Shown here in pieces: positions 26,148-34,816 of a stretch of 64,000 nucleotides of DNA. Made by a program: the position numbers and the translations under genes. The DNA is taken from IMG/VR virus record IMGVR_UViG_3300027747_002221, positions 158,056 through 222,055 of that record. One strand, given 5' to 3'. The first letter of the stretch is position 1, and the number at the start of each line of letters is the position of its first letter. The notes below the pieces were generated by a model. The model ran no database searches, was not told the origin of the DNA, and was given only the letters and a program-made list of their open reading frames with translations.

Positions 26148-26779
26148 TTTTGTCCCTCGTACATTACTGTGTTAGTTTCGCCGAGTGCCCATTTTGAATC
26201 CGTTTCAACTGACCATTTCTTTGTTGCAACTTTAAAGTCTGGGTATTTTAGTTCTTTTGGATTACTACTTGGTTCTAATATGATTAAACGATTATTTGGC
26301 TGAGCAGCAAACTGACCATTATCACACTGGATGAAATTATAAGACTTGTGATCCTCGACATCCTCGCTAAAACCTGTATCAAGTGTGTTAAAATCAGGAT
26401 GAGCACTATCAACTGTAAAAAGATAAACACCATACATCCAATCTCCATTTTTTAATTTAAACTTACACTTCATTGATTGTAACTGTGCTTTCTTTATAAC
26501 AGCTATATCATATGAAAGGCAATCCCACAACTGAAGATAATCTAAAGGTAGAGGTTCTCCCTCAATTGGTTTCCAACAATATGCATGCAGAGGTAATTTA
26601 TCATACAATGCGCCATAATTATTTAGATATGATTCAATACGAAATGCTTGGCCTCTTAGAGACTTAACACTAACCCACCAGCAAGGTTCAAGTTCTCCGT
26701 GACCTTTTTCAAAATCATAAAGAAATTCTTTGCGAACAAAACATTTTACTGTAGGAAGATTTGCTACGATATGTGCCAT
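26144..26779 (-). CDS. Conserved hypothetical protein (211 aa)
   Basis: [48 protein letters not shown]; function unknown. Confidence 0.75.
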   Translation of the reverse strand: MAHIVANLPTVKCFVRKEFLYDFEKGHGELEPCWWVSVKSLRGQAFRIESYLNNYGALYDKLPLHAYCWKPIEGEPLPLDYLQLWDCLSYDIAVIKKAQLQSMKCKFKLKNGDWMYGVYLFTVDSAHPDFNTLDTGFSEDVEDHKSYNFIQCDNGQFAAQPNNRLIILEPSSNPKELKYPDFKVATKKWSVETDSKWALGETNTVMYEGQK

Positions 26780-27106
26780 TTATACCCTAAAACTTTCTCC
26801 GCAACCACAGCGGTCTCGTTCGTTTGGATTTTTAAAATCGAATCCCTCGTTTAGACCATTTCTAACCCAATCCATGGTCAATCCTTTCAGATATATATCA
26901 CTTTTTATATCAACTAAAACTATAAAATCTTTATGTGCGTAATTAATTACACCTACGGTTTCTTCATACTTATCCACATATTCAAGTGTATATGCCAATC
27001 CACTACAACCTGTAGTTTTTACGCCTAGTTTAATACCAACACCCTTACCCCGTTTCTGAAGTTGAGTTTTAATTTTATCATATGCTTTTTCAGTTAACGA
27101 GATCAT
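26780..27106 (-). CDS. iscA: Fe-S cluster assembly protein IscA
   Basis: GVKTTGCSGLAYTLEY ... GLNEGFDFKNPNERDRCGCGESF. Confidence 0.9.
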   Translation of the reverse strand: MISLTEKAYDKIKTQLQKRGKGVGIKLGVKTTGCSGLAYTLEYVDKYEETVGVINYAHKDFIVLVDIKSDIYLKGLTMDWVRNGLNEGFDFKNPNERDRCGCGESFRV

Positions 27107-27473
27107 GTTTCTTCTTATAGTCTAATACTGCAGCCTTTATAGCATCTTCTGCTAAAATAGAACAATGTATTTTTACTGGCGGGAGAGCAAGTTCTTCAGC
27201 AATGGCACTATTTTTGATAGTGAATGCTTCATCCAATGTTTTCCCTTTGACCCATTCTGTAACGAGTGAACTAGAAGCGATTGCGGAACCACATCCATAT
27301 GTCTTGAAGCGAGCATCTCTAATAATACCATCTTCTACCTTTATTTGTAGTTTCATGACGTCGCCACAAGCAGGTGCCCCCACCATACCTGTGCCGATTG
27401 TGTCGTCTGTCTCAAACTTGCCTACATTCCGAGGGTTTTCGTAATGATCGATTACCTTATCTGAGTAGGCCAT
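27090..27473 (-). CDS. iscU: Fe-S cluster scaffold IscU
   Basis: YSDKVIDHYENPRNVG, GAPACGDVM, YGCGSAIAS, LPPVKIHCS. Confidence 0.95.
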   Translation of the reverse strand: MAYSDKVIDHYENPRNVGKFETDDTIGTGMVGAPACGDVMKLQIKVEDGIIRDARFKTYGCGSAIASSSLVTEWVKGKTLDEAFTIKNSAIAEELALPPVKIHCSILAEDAIKAAVLDYKKKHDLVN

Positions 27474-27476
27474 ATA

Positions 27477-27725
27477 TTACCAAGTTACTTCGCCGCTAGA
27501 AATCTTTCTTAGGCCCATATTAATAGCACCCATTAAAAGCATTTGATATTCCGCAGGAACTACAAAGCCATAATTTGTTTGTACTATTACTAATACACCT
27601 GCTACAATATTAGCCCAGAAAGTTTTACTATAGTACCACTTTTTGCCTGTTGCTTCGCTTACCATTGCTTCGTTAACTGCTTCAATAATTTTTTCGTTAA
27701 CTACTGTTTCTTTTTTCGTTGCCAT
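27477..27725 (-). CDS. Small two-TM membrane protein, possibly holin-like
   Basis: KKWYYSKTFWAN followed by two hydrophobic segments; holin role is a guess. Confidence 0.5.
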   Translation of the reverse strand: MATKKETVVNEKIIEAVNEAMVSEATGKKWYYSKTFWANIVAGVLVIVQTNYGFVVPAEYQMLLMGAINMGLRKISSGEVTW

Positions 27726-27783
27726 TTTATTTCCTTATTTTTAGATGTTTACCGCCGCATAATGGGCATTCTTCTTACATAAT

Positions 27784-27951
27784 TTAATTATTTCCCTTGA
27801 CAATATTATCGTCTTTATCTCGGCATTCCGCGCATTCGCACTTATTACAAGAACAAGGGTTAGAAGGGCAGGAGCCCTGACAATGAGCGTCGTGTCCACA
27901 CCTTTGGCATGTGTATCTGACGTATTGTTCATGTAAAAATGGTGTTTGCAT
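27784..27951 (-). CDS. 55 aa Cys/His-rich, metallothionein-like protein
   Basis: CQRCGHDAHCQGSCPSNPCSCNKCECAEC; ATG 27951 just after the nrdA stop. Confidence 0.65.
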   Translation of the reverse strand: MQTPFLHEQYVRYTCQRCGHDAHCQGSCPSNPCSCNKCECAECRDKDDNIVKGNN

Positions 27952-27953
27952 AT

Positions 27954-29765
27954 TTAACCTTCGCAAGCCAAACAAGTATCACCCTCAATTATTGCTTTCA
28001 TATCTAATTCTTTAATAACTTCTCTTTCAATTCTTTTAGAGACTTTATCTGCTTTGCCAATCTTTTCAGAGCGGCAATAGTAAAGGGTTTTCAATCCTTG
28101 CTTCCATGCCATAAAATGTACAGCATGCAAATACATAATATTTGCATCTGGTCTAAAGAACAGATTAACAGATTGTGCTTGATCTATATATTGCTGTCTA
28201 TCGGCGGCGTGTTGGATAACCCAGCGTTGGTCTATTTCCATAGATGTTTTAAATACATCTTTTGTCCAATCATTCATCCAAGTTAAGTGTTGTACTGACC
28301 CGTCATTCGCAATAATTGAAGACCAAATGTCATTATAATCATTTTGAGATATTGTTCCACTATCGCTAGATAAATGATCTTGAATAACTCTATCAAGCCA
28401 TTTATTTTTATTAAGCATAGAACCACTTAGTGTATCTTGTCTATAGGCGTTAGCACGTAATGGCTCAACGGAAGGAGAAGTATTTCCCATAATAATAGAA
28501 GAAGAAGCGTTAGGAGCAATAGCAAGCATATGAGAAAAACGTCTACCTGTACCTGCAGCATCGGGCGCCTCGCCCCTCTCATGTCCTAATTTAAGATTTG
28601 CTTCATCTAATCCTTTTCGAATATGCTTAAAAATTTGTAGGTTTCTTCCCACTGCCATGGACGATTCCCAAGGAATATTATTTTTTTGTAAAAAGGCGTG
28701 CCAGCCTAGGGCTCCAATACCAATGCTACGCTCATTCCGAGCAGAGTAAATAGCCCTGGAAATGGCACTAGGTGCATTATCAATAAAATACTGTAGAACA
28801 TTATCAAGCATTTCAGCAACATCAGCAAGGAAGAGAGGGTCAGATTTCCATTCATCGTAGTACTCCAAATTTAAAGATGACAAACAACATACCGCGGTGC
28901 GTTCTTTATCTGTAGGTAAAATAATCTCAGAACATAAATTAGATTGTTTGATACTTAAACCAAGCTTCTTCTGAAAATCTGGCATCGCTCTGTTACTGGT
29001 ATCAATAAAATGTAGATATGGTTCACCTGTTTGCATTCTCATTTCAATAATACGTTGCCATAATTCTCTAGCTGAAATAGTATCACGTACTTCTCCGGAA
29101 TGAGGATCTTTTAATTCCCATGTATCATCTGCATCTTTATCCAACATACATTTTTCAACTAATTGCATAAAGTTATCAGTAATATTAATACCGTGATGTA
29201 AATTAAGTGTCCTCATATTAGGATCACCTGTTGGTTTACGCATTTCTAAAAATATGAGAATATCCGGATGAGAAATATCAAGATAAGCGGCATAACTACC
29301 CCTACGAGTCCTACCTTGTCTATAAGCGAGAGATGATGCGTCATATGTGCGAAGGTGGGGCATAACTCCAACCGACTTATCATCCGCTGAACGAATTCCA
29401 ATACCAATTCCAACTCCTCCGCCCAGCATACTGAGCCAATTTACTTCCGCCAAACAATCAACCAAGCCTTCAGCACTATCATGTAGATAAGGGAGAAAGC
29501 AAGAAATAGGAAGACCACGCTTACTGCGACCAAAGCTAAGAATGGGAGTAGAATAAGAAAGCCAATGCTTGGATGAGTACTCATAAAGTCTCTGTGAATG
29601 CTTCTCATTAGTGCCAAACGCTTTGGATACATATGCGAACCTTTCCTGAGGAGAAACCTCATCTTCTGTCATATAACTTTCTTTTAATCTTTTAATTCCC
29701 AATTCATCAAATAAACTATCTCTAGTATAATTGACATTAATCCCATGGACTACATCTTTAGTCAT
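27954..29765 (-). CDS. nrdA: Ribonucleotide reductase class Ia alpha subunit, no ATP cone
   Basis: PISCFL, QSNLCSEI, AIAPNASSS, KTLYYCRS, C-terminal CLACEG. Confidence 0.95.
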   Translation of the reverse strand: MTKDVVHGINVNYTRDSLFDELGIKRLKESYMTEDEVSPQERFAYVSKAFGTNEKHSQRLYEYSSKHWLSYSTPILSFGRSKRGLPISCFLPYLHDSAEGLVDCLAEVNWLSMLGGGVGIGIGIRSADDKSVGVMPHLRTYDASSLAYRQGRTRRGSYAAYLDISHPDILIFLEMRKPTGDPNMRTLNLHHGINITDNFMQLVEKCMLDKDADDTWELKDPHSGEVRDTISARELWQRIIEMRMQTGEPYLHFIDTSNRAMPDFQKKLGLSIKQSNLCSEIILPTDKERTAVCCLSSLNLEYYDEWKSDPLFLADVAEMLDNVLQYFIDNAPSAISRAIYSARNERSIGIGALGWHAFLQKNNIPWESSMAVGRNLQIFKHIRKGLDEANLKLGHERGEAPDAAGTGRRFSHMLAIAPNASSSIIMGNTSPSVEPLRANAYRQDTLSGSMLNKNKWLDRVIQDHLSSDSGTISQNDYNDIWSSIIANDGSVQHLTWMNDWTKDVFKTSMEIDQRWVIQHAADRQQYIDQAQSVNLFFRPDANIMYLHAVHFMAWKQGLKTLYYCRSEKIGKADKVSKRIEREVIKELDMKAIIEGDTCLACEG

Positions 29766-29782
29766 TCTTACTCCAATTTTTA

Positions 29783-30058
29783 TTATTTTACTGATTCAAA
29801 AATTTGTTTTTGAATTCGATACCATTCAACCCATGCATCATTTTTGACTGCACATTCATAATATGTCGTATAATTTATTGCTACTGTTTTAGATATATCA
29901 CTTAGCTTAGCATCTTCTTTTAATTTTTCAAGTTGAGGACACTTATTTAAAAGGCTTTCGGGTACATCTGGAAATTTTGCAGTAACAGGAACTGTTGTAG
30001 AACAGGCTGTTAATGTAACAGAAAATAAAACTAAAGTAAAATACTTAAATATATTCAT
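29783..30058 (-). CDS. Putative o-spanin (Rz1-like lipoprotein)
   Basis: Lipobox LTAC, Pro-rich segment, CPQL...YYEC...W; coupled to the upstream TM/coiled-coil gene. Confidence 0.6.
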   Translation of the reverse strand: MNIFKYFTLVLFSVTLTACSTTVPVTAKFPDVPESLLNKCPQLEKLKEDAKLSDISKTVAINYTTYYECAVKNDAWVEWYRIQKQIFESVK

Positions 30059-30501
30059 TTTGGTTGGTCTGCAGCATCATTATGTGCTTTGATAAATTCT
30101 TTAGGGATCTCACAAATACCACCTGGTGCAAATTTTGTATCATATTTAACTATCTCTCTGTCCACATATGTAACAATATCATTACCTCGTCTAGTAATGT
30201 ATTCGGTTTTCCTTACAATCTTTTCCACAATTTTTATATTTTCTTTTGCAGATTCTACCTCGGCTTTTGCTACTTTTTCTTCCATTTCTCTTACTCTAGC
30301 TTCCCATACAGCATTATTTACTAAACCGCCCTCAAGGAAAAGACCTAGTGCTACAAGTATATAGCCTATTATTTTTGCGGGGATTGCGTAGGTTCGAATG
30401 AAGGGAAGGAACCCAAGAAAAGTACTCGCAATTACGGTTATTATACCTGTTGCGAGTATTGCATGAAAAATCCAATTAGGAAGAAAAGATAGTATCCACA
30501 T
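30055..30501 (-). CDS. Putative i-spanin (Rz-like)
   Basis: N-terminal TM segments, coiled coil, C-terminal C.IP..FI..HN.A. Confidence 0.6.
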   Translation of the reverse strand: MWILSFLPNWIFHAILATGIITVIASTFLGFLPFIRTYAIPAKIIGYILVALGLFLEGGLVNNAVWEARVREMEEKVAKAEVESAKENIKIVEKIVRKTEYITRRGNDIVTYVDREIVKYDTKFAPGGICEIPKEFIKAHNDAADQPK

Positions 30502-30504
30502 AAC

Positions 30505-31179
30505 TTATATATCTAATTGCAAATCTTTAGTTAGCGGAAAAATCTTAGAAATAGCCTCAGCGCATGCTTTTGCAACTTTAATATGTTCTTTTTGTGTGCC
30601 GTTTTCGGACCTGAGCTGAATATAGTGTATCCAACTACGTAAAGTCCCAGCCATATAAAGACGACTTTCCATATTACCCTCGGGTAATACCGCCCTTGCT
30701 TGTTCTTTTGCAATACCGTTACTGATAGCCCATTTATATGCATCCATAGATGCTTTTATTACACCTTGTTGTTTTTCTTTCCATAAACGGTCTAATTCTC
30801 TATCCTCTGAATTGGTATAATCTAAATCTACAGAATTTTGTCTGTTTTTCTGATCCTGTTTACGAGCATCACGTACGACAAAATTTAAATCTTTTGTTGG
30901 ATCAGCATATCGTTGACTATATTCCTGAAATGAAAACGACCTATGCCGTAACATTTGTCTTGCAATGTCTCTTGTTGTTTCAATCTCAAGGGTAAGAGAA
31001 ACCATTTCCAAAGGAGACCAATGCTTATTGGCAATAAGATATTTAATTAACTTTTCAGAAGTTTCCTTATTGCCTTGATTAGATGGATTTGAAACTCTAG
31101 CACAAAATGCTACGAGTTCTGTCATATTCTCTGCAAAGTATTCTGCGGGTTGGGAGTATGAGTGTAATTTAACTTTCAA
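30505..31179 (-). CDS. thyX: Flavin-dependent thymidylate synthase
   Basis: HWSPLEM, RQMLRHRSFSFQEYSQRY, EQARAVLP, LRSWIHY; likely TTG start at 31179. Confidence 0.95.
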   Translation of the reverse strand: MKVKLHSYSQPAEYFAENMTELVAFCARVSNPSNQGNKETSEKLIKYLIANKHWSPLEMVSLTLEIETTRDIARQMLRHRSFSFQEYSQRYADPTKDLNFVVRDARKQDQKNRQNSVDLDYTNSEDRELDRLWKEKQQGVIKASMDAYKWAISNGIAKEQARAVLPEGNMESRLYMAGTLRSWIHYIQLRSENGTQKEHIKVAKACAEAISKIFPLTKDLQLDI

Positions 31180-31346
31180 CGCAAAACACCATCCCATCTA
31201 TATGTTCTCATTGGTTTATCTTGTTCATATTTTATTGCAGCTTGCCATGCCTGCCATAGTAATTCTCTAACTTTGGCAGTTGGTATTTCTCTTAATTCAA
31301 AGGTATCAAATAACCAAGTATCAAATGCTTGTTTATTGTTATCCAT
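31176..31346 (-). CDS. Small hypothetical protein (56 aa, not in ORF track)
   Basis: MDNNKQAFDTWLFDTFEL...WQAWQAAIKYEQ...YRWDGVLR; fills the gap and couples to thyX. Confidence 0.6.
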   Translation of the reverse strand: MDNNKQAFDTWLFDTFELREIPTAKVRELLWQAWQAAIKYEQDKPMRTYRWDGVLR

Positions 31347-32021
31347 TTAATCCCACAATCCTTCGTAGTATTTACCAAACAATCTAAAGCCATTTTTTAT
31401 TCTATCATGCTGCACTTTCATGCCTTCATAGTCACACGTATAAGTGTCCTTAGGGCCTTTATCCATTTTAAAAAACTTGTGATCGCCTTTTGGCACTTCA
31501 TTCCCGTCCTTGTCCACCGGCACCCACTTAATATCGTGTTCACCTGAAGAAAATTTATCGTCTGAATGATCGTCATTTTTACATTCAAATGCAAAAATCA
31601 TTTCATCCATTACCCAGTCCCACCGTTTGAAGTGGTTAGCATCGGTATCCCATTCATTTTCTTTAGGCGGGGCTGATGTACTTTTCAATTCGTCTGGCAC
31701 ATCCTCGTCATCGACAAAGGGTGCACCATGTTTATCTTTTTTAAGTTGTTTTAGCATTGGCAAAATGATATATGCCAATGTGTGATCCATCGACCAAGTA
31801 TCCCAACGATCAATTTTTACATAATTAATTTTAGGATCAACGATATCAAGAAACTTTTGTACCAATGTCATTGGCTTTACTAACCAATTGGTATAGTGTT
31901 CATTTCCATCATCGTATAAATCAAATTTTGGATCGGTCCACTTCTTCCAGAAAAGAACTTTCTCCATAATTATATATGGAGAAAGCCAGTGACCCTTGTA
32001 ATTGTTTATGTAAACTTTCAT
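31347..32021 (-). CDS. Conserved T4-like phage hypothetical protein
   Basis: DRWDTWSMDHTLAYIILPMLKQLK, WDWVMDEMIFAF, GFRLFGKYYEGLWD. Confidence 0.8.
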   Translation of the reverse strand: MKVYINNYKGHWLSPYIIMEKVLFWKKWTDPKFDLYDDGNEHYTNWLVKPMTLVQKFLDIVDPKINYVKIDRWDTWSMDHTLAYIILPMLKQLKKDKHGAPFVDDEDVPDELKSTSAPPKENEWDTDANHFKRWDWVMDEMIFAFECKNDDHSDDKFSSGEHDIKWVPVDKDGNEVPKGDHKFFKMDKGPKDTYTCDYEGMKVQHDRIKNGFRLFGKYYEGLWD

Positions 32022-32455
32022 ATTTCCTGTTCTCCCTCTTTGGTAAAGAATGTATTGATCTTATGCTCATCGCTCCATGCTCTTGCATAATCATTGTCCT
32101 CATCGCACATTTTTAATGCATCTTCCTCGGACACAACCCGATGATTAACAATTTGTTCGCCTAAGTGTTCTTGACTGAATTCCTTTGCTTCATGCATGAC
32201 CACGGTGTCCATAGCCCATTCTTTTTTACCCTTTGGTACTTGAACCATATAGCGTTGACGGAATGTACTAACACATTCAACTAATACCCATTCTTTTTCT
32301 TGTTTCCTCAACAACCAAGAACCATCTTTTTGGTCTATCCATTCTAAAGTGTCGCCAATTTCCCAACCTGTCTCATCAAAAATTTCGTTATCTAATGGTA
32401 AAATTAATTCACCTGTTTCTGGATCTGTAACTACTGTAACAATCGCGGATTTCAT
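32018..32455 (-). CDS. Hypothetical protein with an AbrB/MazE-like N-terminal domain
   Basis: GELILPL..EI...TGWEIGDTLEW pattern; second domain unknown. Confidence 0.6.
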   Translation of the reverse strand: MKSAIVTVVTDPETGELILPLDNEIFDETGWEIGDTLEWIDQKDGSWLLRKQEKEWVLVECVSTFRQRYMVQVPKGKKEWAMDTVVMHEAKEFSQEHLGEQIVNHRVVSEEDALKMCDEDNDYARAWSDEHKINTFFTKEGEQEI

Positions 32456-32457
32456 AT

Positions 32458-33480
32458 TTAGCACCTTTTCCATTCTGTAAATTTCATTTTAGCTTCCAAA
32501 CCTGAAAATATATTTTTTGCTACAATTTTGGCAGCATCAATACCATTTTCAACCATTTCATTTATGTCCTTTTCTTCAATGTTCTGAGGCCATATAACCA
32601 CATTATAATGCCGTTCTATAACCTTGTCAAGCACTCGGACAACATCCTTATTCCTCGGTTGGTTATCAATAATCATAACCAATTTATCTTTTGGCAAATC
32701 TAATAATTCCATTTTACCGAAAGATGTACCACCTACTGCGATTGCATTTGGTAAAAACAAACTATCCAATGGACCCTCAGTTACATAAATTGGTTTGTTT
32801 TTATCAACCTCATTCATTCCAAATATCAAGGCATCGTCCTCTTTAATTTTAATAACCAAATATCTTAAGGATTCTCCTCGCAATCCTCTGCAAGTTACTC
32901 CTGAGAGTTGACCAATATTATTATAAAAAGGAATAACTAACCTAGGTTCTTCTGTTGTTATTTTGTCTTTATATTTATCAGAAAGTTGCACGATGTGCTT
33001 TATGTTGGAAATAAAGTACAAACGGTTGAACATTGCCTTTGGAATTTTTCTTTTAAGACAGAACTGAACTGCTTCATTGTCTTCGGGTAAAGTATCAAGC
33101 CTATCCAATATTTTATCTAATAATGTCTCTTCCTTCTTCTCAAAAACAGGCTCTTCCTTTCTAAATTTGTCCTCAATCTTTTGATGTGGCTTGTTCATTG
33201 GCAAGCCTTCATTATATCGTTCCATTACATATTGGTTATACTGAAAACTATCTAGTTGTTTTAGGAATGAACCAAAGTGCATGGAAACACTACAATTATG
33301 ACACTTATAATACAAATCATTTTTAGCAACATAAAAATAACCACGTGTTTTACTTTGTTTTTTTGATGAGTCTCCGCAAAGAATACATCTGCAGTTGTAA
33401 AGGCGTTCGCTCTTTTGTTTGAACAGAGGCAAGCGGTTACTTATTAGTTTGAGATATTTAAGATCAGTGAATAAAGACAA
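32458..33480 (-). CDS. DNA primase, T4 gp61-like
   Basis: Zn finger CRCILCGDS...CHNC; TOPRIM YVTEGPLDSLF, DNQPRN, KDINEM. Confidence 0.92.
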   Translation of the reverse strand: MSLFTDLKYLKLISNRLPLFKQKSERLYNCRCILCGDSSKKQSKTRGYFYVAKNDLYYKCHNCSVSMHFGSFLKQLDSFQYNQYVMERYNEGLPMNKPHQKIEDKFRKEEPVFEKKEETLLDKILDRLDTLPEDNEAVQFCLKRKIPKAMFNRLYFISNIKHIVQLSDKYKDKITTEEPRLVIPFYNNIGQLSGVTCRGLRGESLRYLVIKIKEDDALIFGMNEVDKNKPIYVTEGPLDSLFLPNAIAVGGTSFGKMELLDLPKDKLVMIIDNQPRNKDVVRVLDKVIERHYNVVIWPQNIEEKDINEMVENGIDAAKIVAKNIFSGLEAKMKFTEWKRC

Positions 33481-33504
33481 AACGAGACTCCCATTAGAGT
33501 CTTT

Positions 33505-33533
33505 ATTATAATATAATTTTAGGGAGAAGTCAA
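33505..33533 (-). promoter_or_regulatory. Sigma70-type promoter for primase
   Basis: TTGACT-17 nt-TATAAT. Confidence 0.8.
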
Positions 33534-33537
33534 GTGT

Positions 33538-33876
33538 TTAGAACAACTTTTCCAATTTAATATGAGCCAAAACGTAGCCTGCAGCAATAGCGCCGCCCAT
33601 TACCATCCAGCGCCATTTTTCGATGGCAGCCATTTTATCTGAAATAGCTTTATGTTGATCTGTACTAGCCTTGGTTTGTTCATCGAGTTTTTCCATAACC
33701 TTGTCATGTTTGGTTTCAATATTGGTAATCATGTCATCGCGCATTTCACTTATGCGATGATGTAGAGTAGAATAATTGGAATCAATCCTACCTTCAAGCT
33801 TTTCCACAGTTCGGGTAATTCCCTTAACTTCTGTTTCTAATACTGTTATGCGTTGTAATTCTTCTTGTTCAGGCAT
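33538..33876 (-). CDS. Coiled-coil protein with C-terminal TM helix
   Basis: RITVLET... coiled coil; EKWRWMVMGGAIAAG. Confidence 0.7.
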   Translation of the reverse strand: MPEQEELQRITVLETEVKGITRTVEKLEGRIDSNYSTLHHRISEMRDDMITNIETKHDKVMEKLDEQTKASTDQHKAISDKMAAIEKWRWMVMGGAIAAGYVLAHIKLEKLF

Positions 33877-34426
33877 TCGGTTTTCCTCTTTTGAACATGC
33901 TATTAGTAGATGTCCATTTTCTTTGTGCTTTTTTATTTACTGGGGGATTTTTATCTAAGCCTGCCACACCTGCAGTTGCAGCCGCATTATTTGCGGGTGC
34001 ACCTTCACCTTCTTCTGAAACAAATTGTCTAAAAGATAAAATTTTACTTTTATCTAGTGCTGCATTTACTTCCATTAGTTCTATTGTTAGGTCCTCGTTA
34101 AGCTTTAATAAAAATTTCTCTTCAAGGTTAATTGACTCTTTACCGTTAGCAAGATCTTCTTTAATTAAAGCATATGCCGCAGCAAGTGACACTAATTTTT
34201 TATTTTCTATTGGTACTTTATTTATAATTCTTTTTAATCGGAAAACTAATCTGTGAAGCAGGGTGTAGGCATCTCTTTCTTCGACAGTATTAAGATCTCG
34301 CATCTTCATTAGTTCTTTACCCGTCTTATCGATTATGCCAAGACGAAAAGCTTCGGTGTTCTCAAAAGGAACAACCAACATATGTAGTATTCTAAATGCG
34401 ATGACTGAGTCTACAAATTTTCCCAT
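33869..34426 (-). CDS. Conserved T4-like hypothetical protein
   Basis: FRILHML..PFE.T.AFRLGIID, AYTLLHRLVFRLKRII. Confidence 0.75.
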   Translation of the reverse strand: MGKFVDSVIAFRILHMLVVPFENTEAFRLGIIDKTGKELMKMRDLNTVEERDAYTLLHRLVFRLKRIINKVPIENKKLVSLAAAYALIKEDLANGKESINLEEKFLLKLNEDLTIELMEVNAALDKSKILSFRQFVSEEGEGAPANNAAATAGVAGLDKNPPVNKKAQRKWTSTNSMFKRGKPNA

Positions 34427-34815
34427 TAAATCCTCTTTAAATCTTCTAGTATTGATTCATCTATAGGAATGTCTTTATCTAAGATCTCTATTCCAGGAGA
34501 CACTATTATCTTTAATGGCATATAGTTTAAAAACACAAGAAATGTTTTTACCTGAGGCCAAAATTTTTTCTCTAATTTATAAAACAACATCTTTGTTGTT
34601 GCTTCAACACCAAATAAATTACCAAGAACAATTATATGATTTAATATCAATCGTTCTTTTAATTCTTTACCTACATTATGTTTTCTTAACAATCGCTTAA
34701 TGTACTTAAATCTTTTCAAATCATCCAAAAATTCATCCATCCCAATGCAAGAAGGATTATCATAATTTTTAATGGCATACATCATAAAATTGTCTTCAGT
34801 CAATTCATTTATCAT
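34426..34815 (-). CDS. Conserved T4-like hypothetical protein
   Basis: ELTEDNF.MYAIKNYDNP.C....F.DDLKRFKYIKRLL, ERLILNH. Confidence 0.8.
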   Translation of the reverse strand: MINELTEDNFMMYAIKNYDNPSCIGMDEFLDDLKRFKYIKRLLRKHNVGKELKERLILNHIIVLGNLFGVEATTKMLFYKLEKKFWPQVKTFLVFLNYMPLKIIVSPGIEILDKDIPIDESILEDLKRI

Positions 34816-34816
34816 T

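Noticed and set aside
24825-29765. Introns or inteins in nrdA/nrdB
   Set aside because: Both ORFs are continuous and of normal length with no splicing motifs.
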